In this document: positions 9,438 to 18,664 of the stretch, in pieces
How the letters are laid out: every line of letters begins with the position of its first letter
Position numbering within the stretch: the stretch's first letter is position 1
Translations under genes and position numbers: made by a program
Virus record (IMG/VR): IMGVR_UViG_3300050014_001197
Span: 64,001-128,000 of that record
Origin: a virus
DNA: 64,000 nucleotides
Strand: one strand, 5' to 3'
Notes under the pieces: model-generated
What the model saw: the letters and a program-made list of their open reading frames with translations, nothing else
Told to the model about the DNA's origin: nothing
Database searches by the model: none

Positions 9438-10152
9438 CGATTCCTAGCATGAATATATTTCCACCTCCAACCATTGGGGTTTGTCCATAATTCTTATTTT
9501 CCCCTCTTATATTCGATGTAAGCTCTTTTGTTGGAATTACAAGAGGAGGTGTTGCAATATAGAAATTAAATCCTAAATTTGTCATCATAAACAATGTAAT
9601 ACTATCTGCAATCATTGGCTGAGCATCTGCAATTGCAATATATCTTTCCATTGATCCGCGATTCATCCCATACGCAAGAATTGACCAAGAAGCAAATCCT
9701 TTTACCCATCTTGGCTTAACTCGAGTATTTTCGGGTTGAAACGCAGACATATAGGAATATAAAAGAATTCCATCTGCATCTTCTGGAATAGTATCCATAT
9801 ATTTCGGAAGCAGGGTTTCCCAATTCTTGGAAAATGCGCAATCATCTTCAAATATAAAAAGACTTTTAACTCCTTCAAGCAAAGCTGTTTTAATTACATG
9901 ATAATGAGATTGTAATGCTCCGAGTTCATTTGGAAAAGCAGGATTAAACCGAACTTTCCTACCATCTGGAGAATTATATTTTACGTTATAAGGTTCTATA
10001 AGAGCTTTTGCATATCCTGGAATAACAGGACGAAAGAATTCTGCTTCAATATCATGAGTTTCAAATTGAAAATGCATATAATCAAATTTGTCTTCTCGTT
10101 CTTTTAAAGATATACAAACTACTTTTTCGTATTTTTCATTAATTAAGCTCAT
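9418..10152 (-). CDS. GT25-like glycosyltransferase
   Basis: VVCISLKEREDKFDYM at the N-terminus (GT25-like) and FIFEDDCAF (DxD). Confidence 0.5.
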   Translation of the reverse strand: MSLINEKYEKVVCISLKEREDKFDYMHFQFETHDIEAEFFRPVIPGYAKALIEPYNVKYNSPDGRKVRFNPAFPNELGALQSHYHVIKTALLEGVKSLFIFEDDCAFSKNWETLLPKYMDTIPEDADGILLYSYMSAFQPENTRVKPRWVKGFASWSILAYGMNRGSMERYIAIADAQPMIADSITLFMMTNLGFNFYIATPPLVIPTKELTSNIRGENKNYGQTPMVGGGNIFMLGIDEKNYE

Positions 10153-10502
10153 ATATGTAATATGTTTTTGATAACTTCCGGATATTTATCCAGGATTCTT
10201 TGTTCAAGCCAATAACAATAAGAAGCTTCATAGATATTTTGAATCCCCCATTGATAATATTTTCTACGTCCACTTTTATAATAGGATTTCTTTTTTGCTT
10301 GATAAATCGGAGCATGATGATTTTGAAATTGATATGCTCGCTGAATCCACCGGGGATTTCCAGCATGTTCTTCTAACCATTGACCATATTCTGAAGTTGG
10401 ATGTCCATGGTTTAAAACTTTTTGCATCCAATAATCATAAGACCACATTGGCAAACTACCAGTGTCCATATGAAAAGCAAATCTTAAATCTGTTTCTGTC
10501 AT
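10149..10502 (-). CDS. Hypothetical protein (first gene of the minus-strand glycosylation operon)
   Basis: ORF only. Confidence 0.3.
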   Translation of the reverse strand: MTETDLRFAFHMDTGSLPMWSYDYWMQKVLNHGHPTSEYGQWLEEHAGNPRWIQRAYQFQNHHAPIYQAKKKSYYKSGRRKYYQWGIQNIYEASYCYWLEQRILDKYPEVIKNILHI

Positions 10503-10583
10503 ATTTTAAATATTATAATTTCTAATAAAATCATCTATGTTATTGTGTTTGGATATTATATCAGCAAATTTAAAATAGTTTCA

Positions 10584-10610
10584 CAAAAAAAGGAGAAATT
10601 TCTCCTTTTA
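10584..10610 (-). terminator. Rho-independent terminator (minus strand) downstream of 10608..11057
   Basis: Palindrome GGAGAAATTTCTCC followed on the minus strand by TTTTTTTG. Confidence 0.65.
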
Positions 10611-11057
10611 ATACATTTGAACATCATATAGTAATCCATCTAGCATTTCTTTAAACCAATTTGGATCGGGTTCAAATTTTTCCATGAATATAATATAATT
10701 TCCAATCACATCATCTATATCAATATAATTATTATCTTCTCTTACTTTGAAAATAAGATTTTTTACAAATATTCTAGCTTCCGGATTAGAATAGAAACTC
10801 CTATCTGTTCGTTTATCTGCTTCATCAAAATGTTTATTAAATGCACTACTTAATTCTTTTCCGGCTTTTGGATCTTCTTTTCTTCCAGTTGTCCAACGAG
10901 AAAGTTCTTCCAAATCAGATTTTGTTTTTTCCAATTCCTCCTGGCCTATACCAGCTTCAAGTAATCTTTTTTGGACAACATCGGACATCCCTATCCTCAT
11001 ATTTTTAAGAGGGTCTTCACCCCCTCTTTGAAATTCTATAGATTCTTTTACGATCAT
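10608..11057 (-). CDS. Leader-motif family protein (N-terminal MIVKESIEFQRGGEDPLKNMRIGM)
   Basis: Member of the ESLNFERG leader family at the far left of the window. Confidence 0.6.
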   Translation of the reverse strand: MIVKESIEFQRGGEDPLKNMRIGMSDVVQKRLLEAGIGQEELEKTKSDLEELSRWTTGRKEDPKAGKELSSAFNKHFDEADKRTDRSFYSNPEARIFVKNLIFKVREDNNYIDIDDVIGNYIIFMEKFEPDPNWFKEMLDGLLYDVQMY

Positions 11058-12025
11058 TATGCTTTTTTGAGGAAAATATCGAGTTTACCTTTTCGTTCTT
11101 CTCTTTGTTTTTCCTTAGCTTTATTTTCAGCTTCAGCATGTTTATCTTCCTGAACTTGTTTAAATTTAGCTATTTGTTCTTTCATAGAGGATTTAAAGGA
11201 ATTTTCAAAGAAATCAGTAAATTGTTTTATAACTGATGGATTATCAGTTCTGTAAACTTCTTCTCTTTCGCTTCCACTCATATCAAATACTGCAAAAAAT
11301 TCTTTTGTTTCAGGTTTGGATTCAAAATCTTCGTCCTCTGGGGTTTCTTTTTCACCCTCTGGAGTTTCTTCTCCAGCAAGTTCTTCACCTTCTGGGGTTA
11401 CTTCATCACCAAGTTCTTCTGGAGCTACTTCACCTTCTGGTTCAGCAAATTCAGGAGTTTCTTCTTCCCCACCTAATTCAGGTTGATCAAAGGTATCTTT
11501 TTCTTCCTCGGGTTTTTCATCCAATTCTAGATCTAAACCTTCTTCTTCATTAAGGCTTTCTTTAATTTCTTTTTCTTCAGGTTCTTCTGGTTCCTTTTTT
11601 TCTTCTTCTGAAGTTTCAGATTCTTCGTGTTCTTCACCCTCTTCTTTTTCTTCACCCTCTTTTTCTTTGTCCACTGCTTCAATTTGAGCATTAATTTCTT
11701 CTTCACTCAAAGCTTCATCAGGAAGATTAAGAACTCCAACTACATAGTCGCTATCGAAAAGTTTATAAAGAGAACCTCCTTCATCAAATTTATCTTTAGC
11801 CTCTTGATTTTCTTGCCAAAATTCTTTATATTTAATAATTTTATCCCCTGCAGCAGATTTAAATCTTTCAAGATTATCCTGAAGTTTCTTAATTACATCA
11901 AGTCCCTCTGTTTCTTCTTCAGATTTCATCTTTTTCTCATCGACAGGTTCTTCTTTCTTAGCTTCTAGAACTGAGAAAAATTGCCAATCGAGATATTGGC
12001 CTAAGGATTCTTTTACATGTTTCAT
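11057..12025 (-). CDS. Extremely acidic Glu-rich protein
   Basis: Long runs such as EEKEEGEEHEESETSEEEKKEPEEPEEKE. Candidate DNA-mimic or internal head protein. Confidence 0.5.
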   Translation of the reverse strand: MKHVKESLGQYLDWQFFSVLEAKKEEPVDEKKMKSEEETEGLDVIKKLQDNLERFKSAAGDKIIKYKEFWQENQEAKDKFDEGGSLYKLFDSDYVVGVLNLPDEALSEEEINAQIEAVDKEKEGEEKEEGEEHEESETSEEEKKEPEEPEEKEIKESLNEEEGLDLELDEKPEEEKDTFDQPELGGEEETPEFAEPEGEVAPEELGDEVTPEGEELAGEETPEGEKETPEDEDFESKPETKEFFAVFDMSGSEREEVYRTDNPSVIKQFTDFFENSFKSSMKEQIAKFKQVQEDKHAEAENKAKEKQREERKGKLDIFLKKA

Positions 12026-12110
12026 ATTGGATTATTATAATTTAACTTCAATTTATTTTATATATCTGTTCTTCTTCAAAGAGGATATATATAAAAAACT
12101 CTTTACAAAT

Positions 12111-12905
12111 ATGAAATATTCTCAATTTTTGGAATTTGGCAAATTACTTGAAGCTAATAAAGCTGATATAAATTCCTGGAAAACTTCTGATATTGAATTA
12201 ATCAAAGAAGCTGATGAACCTGCTAAAGATCTTGATACCCTAGATACTAAGAAACCTGCTAAAGGAACTGGCTGGATAACTAAAAAAGGAAGAATGAGAA
12301 AATCACTTAATAAGCAAGCTAAAAAATTGATGGATGGTATTAATCAAAATGTAGCTAATAAATTTTTAAAACCAATTAAAGATTTAAAGATACAAGTTTA
12401 TAAAAAGATGGCTGAAGTTGGAAAAGGAAAACAGCCAAAAGAAATTGTAGCTGCTCTTAAAGTAGATCTTCAAAATATTCAAAAGACCCAAACTAGACAA
12501 ATGGATCAAATTTTAAAATATGCTCAAAATGCTATCGATATTAATACTAAAAAAATTACTGCTGCTATTGAGAAAAAAGGGTTAAAAGAAACTAATACTG
12601 CTGAACTTCAAACATATTGGGGGCTTTTAACTACTCAAATAACAATGAACCTTTTGCAAAAGATAAATGTGCAGGATGATAATACTATTGGCGAAGTTAT
12701 AAAAGATGCAGATATTCTTAAAGCCGCTAAACAGATCAATGCTGCTTTAAACAAACCTCAAAAGAAAAAAGAAACTGAATTAAAAGCTCAGATTGAAAAA
12801 CTCAAAGGGGAAATTAAAGCAAAGGATGACGAAGAAGCCAAAACAGAAAAACCTGCTGAAGAAACAAAACCCGCTGAGGAAGTAAAAACAGAAGAAGTTA
12901 AATAA
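12111..12905 (+). CDS. Lys/Ala/Glu-rich basic protein with KPAEE C-terminal repeats
   Basis: The ORF opens at 12027, but its first 28 codons are AT-rich low-complexity and would leave no room for a promoter between divergent genes. The Met at 12111 (MKYSQFLEF...) is preferred. Confidence 0.45.
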   Translation: MKYSQFLEFGKLLEANKADINSWKTSDIELIKEADEPAKDLDTLDTKKPAKGTGWITKKGRMRKSLNKQAKKLMDGINQNVANKFLKPIKDLKIQVYKKMAEVGKGKQPKEIVAALKVDLQNIQKTQTRQMDQILKYAQNAIDINTKKITAAIEKKGLKETNTAELQTYWGLLTTQITMNLLQKINVQDDNTIGEVIKDADILKAAKQINAALNKPQKKKETELKAQIEKLKGEIKAKDDEEAKTEKPAEETKPAEEVKTEEVK

Positions 12906-12907
12906 TT

Positions 12908-14602
12908 ATGGATTTATTAAACTTAATTGCCGAAAAAGAATTAGATGAGATCATTTCTAAAGAATATGGGGATGGAAATCTTCTATTAGAAAAAGATGAT
13001 GATTCTGCATTGACTACTCCTTTTAATAGAATGCTTTCATTTCCTGCTCGTGCTATTCGCTATAGAAAAGCAAAAAATATTATGATTCGCTATTCTAAGA
13101 AAATTATTACTAGAGTTGAAAGAATCATTAGAAAGTTTGAAGGGGAATTAGATAAATCTATTACTCAAATTACTGAAAAAGGAAAAGATCTAGAATTACA
13201 ACTTCAAAAAGCTAAATCGTCTAATGACGAAACAGAAGTAAGAGCCGTCGTAAATCAGCAAAAGAAATTTAAATCTGAAGTTGAAAAAAATCAGGAAGCT
13301 CGAATTCAGCATCTTCAGCAATCTATTGATAATCTCATTCAAGCTTATACTGCTGGAATTCACAAAAGAATTGAGCAACCTGGATATGTTCTTAAAGTAG
13401 AGCTTTCTGATAAGGGGCAAGCTGATCTTAAATTCCTATGGGAAGAATATGTTTCCAAGATTAAACAGCAAACTTATGAAAAACTCATCAAAATCATTAA
13501 CAATAAACATGTTAAGGGTTTAGAAAAAATGATTGCTCGTCTTGAAGTTGAAATTGAGGATGCTGAAGATAGAAGATATAAAAACAAAAGATCCCGGGAT
13601 GTATTAGCTAGAGAAGAAAAACAAACAGTAAAACAAAAGCTTGAACAACCAAAAACAGATTTTGAAAAACTTGTTGCTTATTTGGATGATGAACTTAAAA
13701 ATTTCGGGGATGGTCTGGAAGATGAGTATACAATATCTGTTGATGAAGGTGGGGAATCCAAAGTCTATAATATTACTTTTGCTTTTGATATGGATTCTGA
13801 AACCATAGAGGTTACTTATTACGAAGAAGATTCAGAAATTCCTATTCGAAAAGAAGAAATTAAAAATACTTCAGATGCTGATCATATTATAGAAGATATT
13901 GAAGCTGCAAATGAAATAGGATCTAATGATAAAAAAGAAAAATTTGGAGAAAAACTTTTAAAAGAGCTTGCTTCTAAATTAGAGATTCTTCTTAAAAATC
14001 CTTCAAGAGATACTCGTAAAAAAATAGGGGATGAATTAATTGATGCTTATAGAAATAATCCTAAAGCTTTTTCAGAAAAAGCAATTGAAATTCTTTTAGA
14101 GGATCCCGATATTTATAGAGAAAAAATTAAAGCAATAGAAAGAGGGATATCCAATCCTTCTTTAATCGATCTTCTTGTTCAATTAGGAAAGGAACTTAAA
14201 GGAGGACCTTCTATAGATCCAGTAAAGGAACTTGAAAAAGCTGAGAAAGTTTTTACAGAATTTGATGAAATTCTTCTTAGCCAAGCAAAAGATAGAAGTC
14301 TTTCTGAAAATGATTGGGAATTAATGCTTTCCGATATAATTTTTGCTACAAGCAATAATATGGTATCTTCTATCGAAAGATTTGTTAAACTACCGGGTAT
14401 TTCTAAGGAAAAGAAAATTAAAGCACTTTCTAATGCAAAGAGAGTAATCAAGCTTCTTAAATATGCTGCTGCTAAAGATCCCAAGAGTAAATCTGCAGAA
14501 GTTATTAATAAAATTAAAAAATATCTCGGCTCAGATTCTGTTGAAAATATATTACTTGAGTCTTTTGTTTCTTTTAAACTATACAATAAACTTTATTCAT
14601 AA
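12908..14602 (+). CDS. Large coiled-coil K/E-rich protein
   Basis: 564 aa, heptad-rich, no catalytic motif. Confidence 0.45.
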   Translation: MDLLNLIAEKELDEIISKEYGDGNLLLEKDDDSALTTPFNRMLSFPARAIRYRKAKNIMIRYSKKIITRVERIIRKFEGELDKSITQITEKGKDLELQLQKAKSSNDETEVRAVVNQQKKFKSEVEKNQEARIQHLQQSIDNLIQAYTAGIHKRIEQPGYVLKVELSDKGQADLKFLWEEYVSKIKQQTYEKLIKIINNKHVKGLEKMIARLEVEIEDAEDRRYKNKRSRDVLAREEKQTVKQKLEQPKTDFEKLVAYLDDELKNFGDGLEDEYTISVDEGGESKVYNITFAFDMDSETIEVTYYEEDSEIPIRKEEIKNTSDADHIIEDIEAANEIGSNDKKEKFGEKLLKELASKLEILLKNPSRDTRKKIGDELIDAYRNNPKAFSEKAIEILLEDPDIYREKIKAIERGISNPSLIDLLVQLGKELKGGPSIDPVKELEKAEKVFTEFDEILLSQAKDRSLSENDWELMLSDIIFATSNNMVSSIERFVKLPGISKEKKIKALSNAKRVIKLLKYAAAKDPKSKSAEVINKIKKYLGSDSVENILLESFVSFKLYNKLYS

Positions 14603-14604
14603 AT

Positions 14605-15309
14605 ATGTCCGGAACAAAAATTATATCATTAGAGGAGTTTGAAAAAAAACTTAATGAGGATTTTTACAATCCATTTGATGAAGAAGATAAATTTAAGAAA
14701 AAAGAACCCCAACAGGTAAAAGATTTTGGGGGATTTTTTAAACTTAAAAAGGAATCTTTTAATCTGGGAAGAGTAGAATATTCTAAACGTCCCGGTGGGG
14801 ATTATACTATTATGGGAAAAACTCAATTTGCCAAAGGGGAAGTTGTAGAAATTTGCCCGGTAGTTCTTGTTGGGGAAATTGCTAAAACCATTGAAAAAGT
14901 TAAGGATCTTATTTTTGAACTTGATAAAAATAAGGGTCAATGGGGTCTTGTTTTAGGATATGGCTCTCTTTATAGGCATTCGGATAAACCTAATTTAGAT
15001 TATGCTTATAATCCAAAAAGTCGACAAATGTATTTTATAACAAATCGTCCTATTAGTATGCACCAAGAACTTACTATTAACTACGGATCTGATTATTGGG
15101 CAGAAAGAACAAACTTTAATACAGTTGCTGAAATACCAGGTGCTAATCAAGGACTTGAACCAGCTCCAAAACCTGAGAATGAAAGTGCAGTACAACCAAA
15201 TTCTACTGATATAGATGCAAATGCAACTAAAATGGCTTTTGGACAACCAAATGCAACTCAGAATCCAGCGGTATCGGGGATACCCATTCAAGGTATAGGA
15301 CAACAATAA
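14605..15309 (+). CDS. SET-domain protein lysine methyltransferase
   Basis: LYRHSDKPNLDYAY (N-H-S-C-x-P-N-type motif) and ELTINYG (E-L-x-x-x-Y), with an upstream GEVVEICPVVLV beta-strand region. Confidence 0.7.
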   Translation: MSGTKIISLEEFEKKLNEDFYNPFDEEDKFKKKEPQQVKDFGGFFKLKKESFNLGRVEYSKRPGGDYTIMGKTQFAKGEVVEICPVVLVGEIAKTIEKVKDLIFELDKNKGQWGLVLGYGSLYRHSDKPNLDYAYNPKSRQMYFITNRPISMHQELTINYGSDYWAERTNFNTVAEIPGANQGLEPAPKPENESAVQPNSTDIDANATKMAFGQPNATQNPAVSGIPIQGIGQQ

Positions 15310-15318
15310 ATTCTTAAT

Positions 15319-15690
15319 ATGACAGACATTAAACAAATAAAAATTTCTCTTATGGAAACTCGAGGGGAAGTAGATCCTTCTACTGGAAAGAATGATTATA
15401 TTATAAAAACGTCGGGATCTTTTCAATTTAACGCATATGTAGAAAAAACTGAAGCAAACGAAAAAGATAGATTACAAATTCTTAAAGAAGCTTCTCAATT
15501 AATCTATCAGGATCTTATAGAAAAAACGAAAGATGAATTTGATAGTGTTGGAGTTTGGCTTACAGTAGGAGAAAAAGATTATGAAAATTCTATGACTATA
15601 TCAGCCTTAGAAGGAATTCAACAATATGGGGAAAAAGGAATTATTCCAATTTTCGAGCTAATTAAAATGTCTATTCCAATCAATGAGTGA
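15319..15690 (+). CDS. Hypothetical protein
   Basis: ORF only. Confidence 0.35.
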   Translation: MTDIKQIKISLMETRGEVDPSTGKNDYIIKTSGSFQFNAYVEKTEANEKDRLQILKEASQLIYQDLIEKTKDEFDSVGVWLTVGEKDYENSMTISALEGIQQYGEKGIIPIFELIKMSIPINE

Positions 15691-16420
15691 TATTGGTCTT
15701 AGAGATGAATTATATATGGTTGATCCTGAGGGTAAACTTGAGAAGATGGATCCGAATACCCATCATCTTGAATATCTTATGAACTTTTTTCCTGATGAAG
15801 AAGATTATAATGAAGATTTTTGGGATACAATCTTTGATGGCGGATGGATTAGAATTGAGTTAAAAGAAAATTCTCGAAATGGATGGGATCTTGCTGTAAA
15901 TGGCAAAAGTCTTTATAAGATGAAAGCTATCGTTAGAGATAAATTTCTTGAAAGATTAAAAAGAGGAGAAAATAAAGTTCATATTGAAGAGTGGACGGGT
16001 ATTGGAATGAATCCTACTAAGAATTTTTATCTTCCGATGCAAAAGGAAGAATTTTATGATTTCATTTTAGAAAAACTCCAAGCAAAATTTGTTTATGAAT
16101 CTCTTGATTTTGAAAGAGGATTAGAGTCTAAAGCATCAATGGGCATTGGTAAAAAAGCTCAACTTAAAAAATTGGACCAAGAAACAGATTGGGGATTTGA
16201 AATCCCTGCTGTTTTTGATAGAGTTATGTGGGATATTATTAATTATAATAATCATTTGATTAAAATTACTAAAGTATCTGGTTCAGATGGAATTGGTTAC
16301 TATATGGCTCTTAATAATTCAGGAGAACCTTATAATAGTACCCCTCCGGTGTATCCTACTCCAGAAGAAGCTCTAGATTGGGAACAAAAATATTTAGATC
16401 AATATGATATGGGACTTTAA
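15683..16420 (+). CDS. Hypothetical protein with an internal leader motif (ESLDFERGLESKASMGIGKK)
   Basis: Motif at residues ~130-150. Confidence 0.45.
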   Translation: MSDIGLRDELYMVDPEGKLEKMDPNTHHLEYLMNFFPDEEDYNEDFWDTIFDGGWIRIELKENSRNGWDLAVNGKSLYKMKAIVRDKFLERLKRGENKVHIEEWTGIGMNPTKNFYLPMQKEEFYDFILEKLQAKFVYESLDFERGLESKASMGIGKKAQLKKLDQETDWGFEIPAVFDRVMWDIINYNNHLIKITKVSGSDGIGYYMALNNSGEPYNSTPPVYPTPEEALDWEQKYLDQYDMGL

Positions 16421-16437
16421 AACTAGTCCCTTTTTTA
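16411..16437 (+). terminator. Rho-independent terminator
   Basis: GGGACTTTAAAACTAGTCCC followed by TTTTTTAG. Overlaps the stop codon. Confidence 0.7.
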
Positions 16438-16472
16438 GTCATATAAAGATCTATAATATATTAAAATAAATT

Positions 16473-16685
16473 ATGAATCAATTAACAGATAAAGAAAAAG
16501 CTGAACTTAAGTTCCATCTTATTGGGGTTATGGATAAATTTCTTGAAGATGAAACTAAAGAAGATAATAATATTGGATGGATTCCAAATAATCTTGAAAA
16601 ATATATGGCAGATGCAGCATTTGCTGTACTTGAAAGCATAAATCAGTTAAATTATTTTTTAGATAAAGAAGAAATAATAAAATAA
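16473..16685 (+). CDS. Hypothetical small protein
   Basis: ORF. Confidence 0.3.
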   Translation: MNQLTDKEKAELKFHLIGVMDKFLEDETKEDNNIGWIPNNLEKYMADAAFAVLESINQLNYFLDKEEIIK

Positions 16686-16691
16686 ATTAAT

Positions 16692-16973
16692 ATGGAAGGA
16701 ATAGTATTACCAGCAGTTATTACTTACATCCAAAGTAAAAAAATTGGGGATCTTATCTATAGACAAGATCTCATAAAATTAAATGGAAGATGGACGGGAG
16801 CTTCTACCGCAGATAATTATAGAAATTATCTTACACATGCAGGATACTTAAGAACAAAATACTCTGGGGCATATGAATACATGAAAAAAATTCCAAAAAA
16901 TATGTCATATGCTCAATTAGTAAAAGAAGCATATCCTGAATCAGAATGGACCCAAAAATATAAAATAATATGA
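16692..16973 (+). CDS. Hypothetical small protein
   Basis: ORF. Confidence 0.3.
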   Translation: MEGIVLPAVITYIQSKKIGDLIYRQDLIKLNGRWTGASTADNYRNYLTHAGYLRTKYSGAYEYMKKIPKNMSYAQLVKEAYPESEWTQKYKII

Positions 16974-17656
16974 CAACAAAATTGCCAAAATCAAGAAAAG
17001 AGCTTATAGAGCTTATGGAAGGATATGCAACAGCTATTCAATGTGATCCTGAATATTCCGGCAGAAATGCAGAAAATTTTCTTAAATATAAAGAAGATCC
17101 TAAGATTGAATATAAAGAACCGATTAAACCTAAACTTATCCCAGTTAAATCAAATCATTTAACAACTGATCATAATGACCCTAAATTAAAAGAAGGTCAA
17201 AAAAATGAAACCGGACAACATGAAATTTATTTAGTTCTTTCAGAAGAAGAAAGAGCAAAAGGATTTGTTCGCCCTGTAAGAAATTCTTATATCCATGTTG
17301 GTAGGATACACAATTATGCGGGCATAGATAAAATGCTTACAGAAGAAGAAAAACAAGAATTTCATGAAAAATATCCGGAAGATAAAAATAAGAAATATGT
17401 AGCAATTCTAGGTATAAATGGAACTGATGGGAAACATCTTGGAGGAGCTTATGTAACTCAAAAAGAATTTGATGCTTGGAGATTGGGCAATAAACTTGGC
17501 GGTTGTGGAACTACAACGACTATGGGAAATGCGCTTTCTGAAACATATGCAAGAAATCCAAAATTTTATGGAGCAACATTTTGCTGTGGCTGCAATAAAC
17601 ATTTACCAGTTGAGGAATTTGTGTGGGAAGGAACAGATAAATTAGTAGGATCCTAA
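16970..17656 (+). CDS. Hypothetical protein (Cys-rich C-terminus GGCGTTTT...FCCGCNKH)
   Basis: ORF. Confidence 0.35.
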   Translation: MTTKLPKSRKELIELMEGYATAIQCDPEYSGRNAENFLKYKEDPKIEYKEPIKPKLIPVKSNHLTTDHNDPKLKEGQKNETGQHEIYLVLSEEERAKGFVRPVRNSYIHVGRIHNYAGIDKMLTEEEKQEFHEKYPEDKNKKYVAILGINGTDGKHLGGAYVTQKEFDAWRLGNKLGGCGTTTTMGNALSETYARNPKFYGATFCCGCNKHLPVEEFVWEGTDKLVGS

Positions 17657-17729
17657 ATATTTTTCTTATTGAATCAAAACTTTTTAAGATTTAATACGTA
17701 AAACATATAAACATTTAATACATAATCTA

Positions 17730-18662
17730 ATGATTTGCATTGACGGACCAGATGGAGGAGGTAAAAGTTTCTTGGTAGAATATATTAAGTCCCATTCTCA
17801 AATTCCGGTGGTTAAACCATTTTATCCTAAACAAAATCAGCTTAGTTATTATCTTCATTCCCCAGCTCATTATGCTCCTTTTTATCTTGAAAGATATTAC
17901 ACGAGCGAGCTCGTATACCCTCAATTTAAAGAAGGAAGGGATCAAATGCAACCTTGGCATCAATATCTTATTGAAGCAGGTTTAATGCCATTTGCTCCAG
18001 TTATTCTCTACCTTCGCCCTACCAAAGAAACCATATTAAAAAATATCCATGTTCGTGGGGATGATTATGTGAAAATTGAAGAAATTGATCAAATGATCCA
18101 TTTCTATGATGCTGTCATGGAAGATACTTATGTTCCGGTTTTTACTTATGACTATAAGCAAAATAATATTGATACTATACTTAAAGTCATAGAAGATATT
18201 CATCGAATGAGACAGGAAAAAGCTGTCAGACTTCAAAAATTTCTTTCTACAGGAAATTATTACGAAGAAGGATGCATTATGTTTATTGGGGATATGCCAA
18301 GTAATTATTCAATTGGTAAAGGATTTGTTCGTGCATTCTCAAGTAATACTGGATCTTCAGAATTTTTTCATCATTGCTTATTTGATGCCGGGGTTTATCC
18401 TACTAAGCAAATGCCATATTTTACAAATTGGAATAAATGTGAAGGCAACAGAGAATTAAATGCCAAAGCACTAAAAGAAGAATATGAAATAATTAAACCT
18501 CGAAAAGTTATTTGTTTGGGGAAAGAGGTTCGAGAACAAGTTGGCTTTGGAGAAACTATTTATCATCCTGCTTATATAAAACGCTTTAAGAAAGTTCAAT
18601 ATAATGAATATATTCAGCAATTAAAAGAAATTATGGATTATCCAATAAAAGAAATAAAATAA
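17730..18662 (+). CDS. Fusion of a P-loop dNMP/thymidylate-kinase-like domain and a UDG-superfamily domain
   Basis: N-terminal ICIDGPDGGGKSF matches the thymidylate kinase E-G-x-D-G-x-G-K-S/T-T P-loop. The C-terminal domain has MFIGDMPS (the G-E-A-P-G-like motif A of family 4/5 UDGs) and YHPAYIKR (the H-P-S/A motif B). Confidence 0.45.
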   Translation: MICIDGPDGGGKSFLVEYIKSHSQIPVVKPFYPKQNQLSYYLHSPAHYAPFYLERYYTSELVYPQFKEGRDQMQPWHQYLIEAGLMPFAPVILYLRPTKETILKNIHVRGDDYVKIEEIDQMIHFYDAVMEDTYVPVFTYDYKQNNIDTILKVIEDIHRMRQEKAVRLQKFLSTGNYYEEGCIMFIGDMPSNYSIGKGFVRAFSSNTGSSEFFHHCLFDAGVYPTKQMPYFTNWNKCEGNRELNAKALKEEYEIIKPRKVICLGKEVREQVGFGETIYHPAYIKRFKKVQYNEYIQQLKEIMDYPIKEIK

Positions 18663-18664
18663 GA

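Noticed and set aside
12027-12110. N-terminal 28 codons of the ORF called from 12027 (MDYYNLTSIYFIYLFFFKEDIYKKLFTN).
   Set aside because: Looks like a translated AT-rich promoter region between divergent genes. The start at 12111 is preferred.
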